64,000 nt of DNA, taken from assembly GCF_000002075.1 (NCBI RefSeq), contig NW_004797314.1, positions 847,864-911,863 of the forward strand, in the 5' to 3' direction. The notes under the pieces are model-generated. The model was not told where the DNA came from. It searched no databases and was given only the letters and a program-made list of their open reading frames with translations. The position numbers were made by a program, and so were the translations under genes. This document shows positions 61,331-64,000 of this stretch, piece by piece. How positions within the stretch are numbered: position 1 is the stretch's first letter; the number at the start of each line of letters is the position of its first letter. This stretch comes from Aplysia californica. Taxonomy: Eukaryota.

Positions 61331-64000
61331 TCAAGAGGAAAATCAGAGACCCACAATGCAGTGCTAAGTACCAGTACCTGGAAGATGTGTGTTCTGGGTA
61401 CTCCTGTAAGCGGGAACAAAATATCATAATATGTCGCTCAGGAGCAGGAACTAACAAGACTGCGGTTGGACCATCATTGGAGCCTAAAGATGGTATAAGA
61501 ACTTTGTAAATGAAGAGCTCAGCCCACGTTGTCGAAAATGCGGCCATGAAAAGGAGAATGTCAAACATATGGTTGAATGTCCAGGATCAATGGCAATTCG
61601 AATGGAGTTATTTGGACGAGTGGAGGTGCCGCTAAGCATATTGACAATGGAGCCGAAAAAGAGCCTCGCTCTCGCTCGAATATTTCTCCGTGGAGTCCGC
61701 CAGNNNNNNNNNNNNNNNNNNNNNNNNNNNNNNNNNNNNNNNNNNNNNNNNNNNNNNNNNNNNNNNNNNNNNNNNNNNNNNNNNNNNNNNNNNNNNNNNN
61801 NNNNNNNNNNNNNNNNNNNNNNNNNNNNNNNNNNNNNNNNNNNNNNNNNNNNNNNNNNNNNNNNNNNNNNNNNNNNNNNNNNNNNNNNNNNNNNNAGCCC
61901 ATCAGCAGTAGCAGTAGCAACAATAACAGAAGAAGCAGCATCAACAACAAAAGCAGCAACAGCAGGATTAACAATAGTACCTCAAGCATTTTCAGCTTTA
62001 CAAAAAGAGTATTGCAACAGAAAATAATAGAATAGTCGTTCCACCCTTAACACGCGAAAAGAACGAAAGACCTAAAAGACTATGGCGGTCAGCACTTGGC
62101 AACGTCAAACAATATGGCGGCGCTATATCTCGTCGCCCTTCCCTTTGAGCGAATTCAAGTCGGTGTTATTTACAACAGTTTTCCTTCGTAAACGCAACAT
62201 TTTCAATAAGCACACACTTTTTCAATTCTTTTATGTCGCTAGCGAAGATTTTTATTTGATCTAACTTTTTTGCATAATGACTGAACTGCATAATCCTCTC
62301 TGTGCCGCTTGATTGAACACACGTCGTTTGATCGGGCCTTATATGTTAGCGACAAACAACAAATCCCTTGTCTGGAGCAGGTCTACTTGAGGTCTATTTT
62401 TAGTTCTTTTGTACTGTTGAAAGTTCAGTCGAAGACGGTGTCATGTTCTAAGGAAGGAGGAAAGTATATAGACCATTATTCTTCAGACTTTAAAACAATT
62501 TCAGACATGATCTGCCACTGTTGTTATTGATGTTTGTGGAGTCATCTTATTGAGGTGCCATGACTGGTGGAGCCCTTAATCTGTCTCTGCTGAGCAGAGG
62601 AGTTGGTGAGGTTCACAAAAATGGACATGAAAAAGTGGAAGTGTTTCTTGAACCAGAGGTATGCATTTTCTACTTTGTTGTACCTGAATCTCTTATTCAT
62701 TATAATCGGTTCATACACAGGGTGAAATTAAAAGTGACTAACTGGTAGTTTTTATTACTCTCTTTAACTTATCTATTATTGATTATGTTTAAGACTGGAA
62801 ACCTGATATATTATTATGCTTAACAATTTTGTAAACCTAGCTAGTCGAATCCATGACGAATGAAAAGAATAAATATAAATGAAAGTTATCAGTAAGCCTA
62901 CAATAAGCAATAGGGTACACAGTCATTTTTTATCCTCTAGATTCTATATATTTTCTATTAACTTTGCTGTGAACTAACTTTCTTGTTATTGAAAGAATTT
63001 ATGAAAAAGTGTGCTATACTCGCTGTTGTTTTCATGTGTGCATGCAGTTTAATTGATATAAAATATCAGCAATGTTGAATGTTAAACTGAATGCTAGATT
63101 TTTTGTAATGGTGACAAAGTTTCCTTGATTGGTTGTTGAGACAAATTGGCTTGGAAGCTGTATAGTGCAGCAGTTTGCAGCACGCCAATGAAATTTCTCA
63201 TGAGCAATTAATTCTTGGAAAGTTAAGACACCCAATTAAGAAAATGTTATGGCATTCTCCCACAATCAGTAGAAATGGAAAGCCTCTAATAACTTAAACA
63301 GTATAACCTTGACAATACAATGTTTAATGAAGAAGAGTACAAGTAAAATAAAGCATAACTTTGTAATTCAACATAAAATTTTTCTCCCCACGTGATGTGA
63401 GGTTTATGAAAATGCTATTATTTTTAGGCCTTGGTCAATATCTTTTTAACATTTGGAACTAAATTTTAAATTGCCTGATATCAGCCCCAAATAAATTACA
63501 AGGGGAGGAATGCCTGTGAGGCTTTTATTTTGTGAGGACTCTTGTTCTAGCCTAAGTGACAGATCGAACGGAGATGATGCTTTACTTCATCTAGTGATTG
63601 GTACTCAAGTTCTTTTGATGTTGGGCAGGTTGTCATTGTGCTACATGTATTTAACAGAAGACATGAAAACCTCTTTGTACCACCAGCCCTGCTGTTCCAC
63701 CAACTTCATTGGGTAGGCAGTATAATGGAGTTTGACTGTATTTTTAACGCTCTTCATATTAAAATTCTGAATAAGTGTTAAAATTAATCATTTATATTAC
63801 AAAATAAAATACGACTTCAAAATAATTACACTTCTGTAAACTGTGAATACTTGCTTTAGTTTCCTGTTAGTCCTATGTCTTTACTTTCACCAGTATAGTG
63901 TTTTAACTATGCCATGCCTTGTACTGTGAGCAAAGTATAGTTGATTATTTCTTTTTGTGACGTGTAGATTTCGCTTCTTCACCGTATATGCATAACTGTC

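Noticed and set aside
60990-61568. 192-aa minus-strand ORF with poly-Met
   Set aside because: Antisense of the RNase H fragment plus the (CAT)n repeat

Overview
Eukaryotic, intron-rich and AT-rich scaffold with several N gaps; the repeat repertoire suggests an invertebrate, probably a mollusc (inference). Two spliced genes can be rebuilt from GT-AG junctions in tail-to-tail orientation. One is a UBE2V/MMS2-type ubiquitin E2 variant on + (4 coding exons, 16745-24959, 144 aa). The other is CDK10 on - (16 coding exons, 58720-35258, about 402 aa). Most remaining sequence is transposon-derived: a decayed Sola1-like transposon, a mini-Helitron, pogo, RTE and RNase H fragments, tRNA-derived SINEs, many MITEs, and about 16 copies of a short stem-loop-tailed retroposon. 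The standout is a 2075-bp element in CDK10 intron 2 (53993-56067) with CACGGCGCAC termini and a 4-bp AGAG target-site duplication. It encodes a protein carrying the zinc-binding domain of the vertebrate RAG1 N-terminus (Chapaev / N-RAG-TP type). Its start is broken by a 10-bp footprint-like duplication and no catalytic core is recognisable. All calls are by eye; no searches were run.
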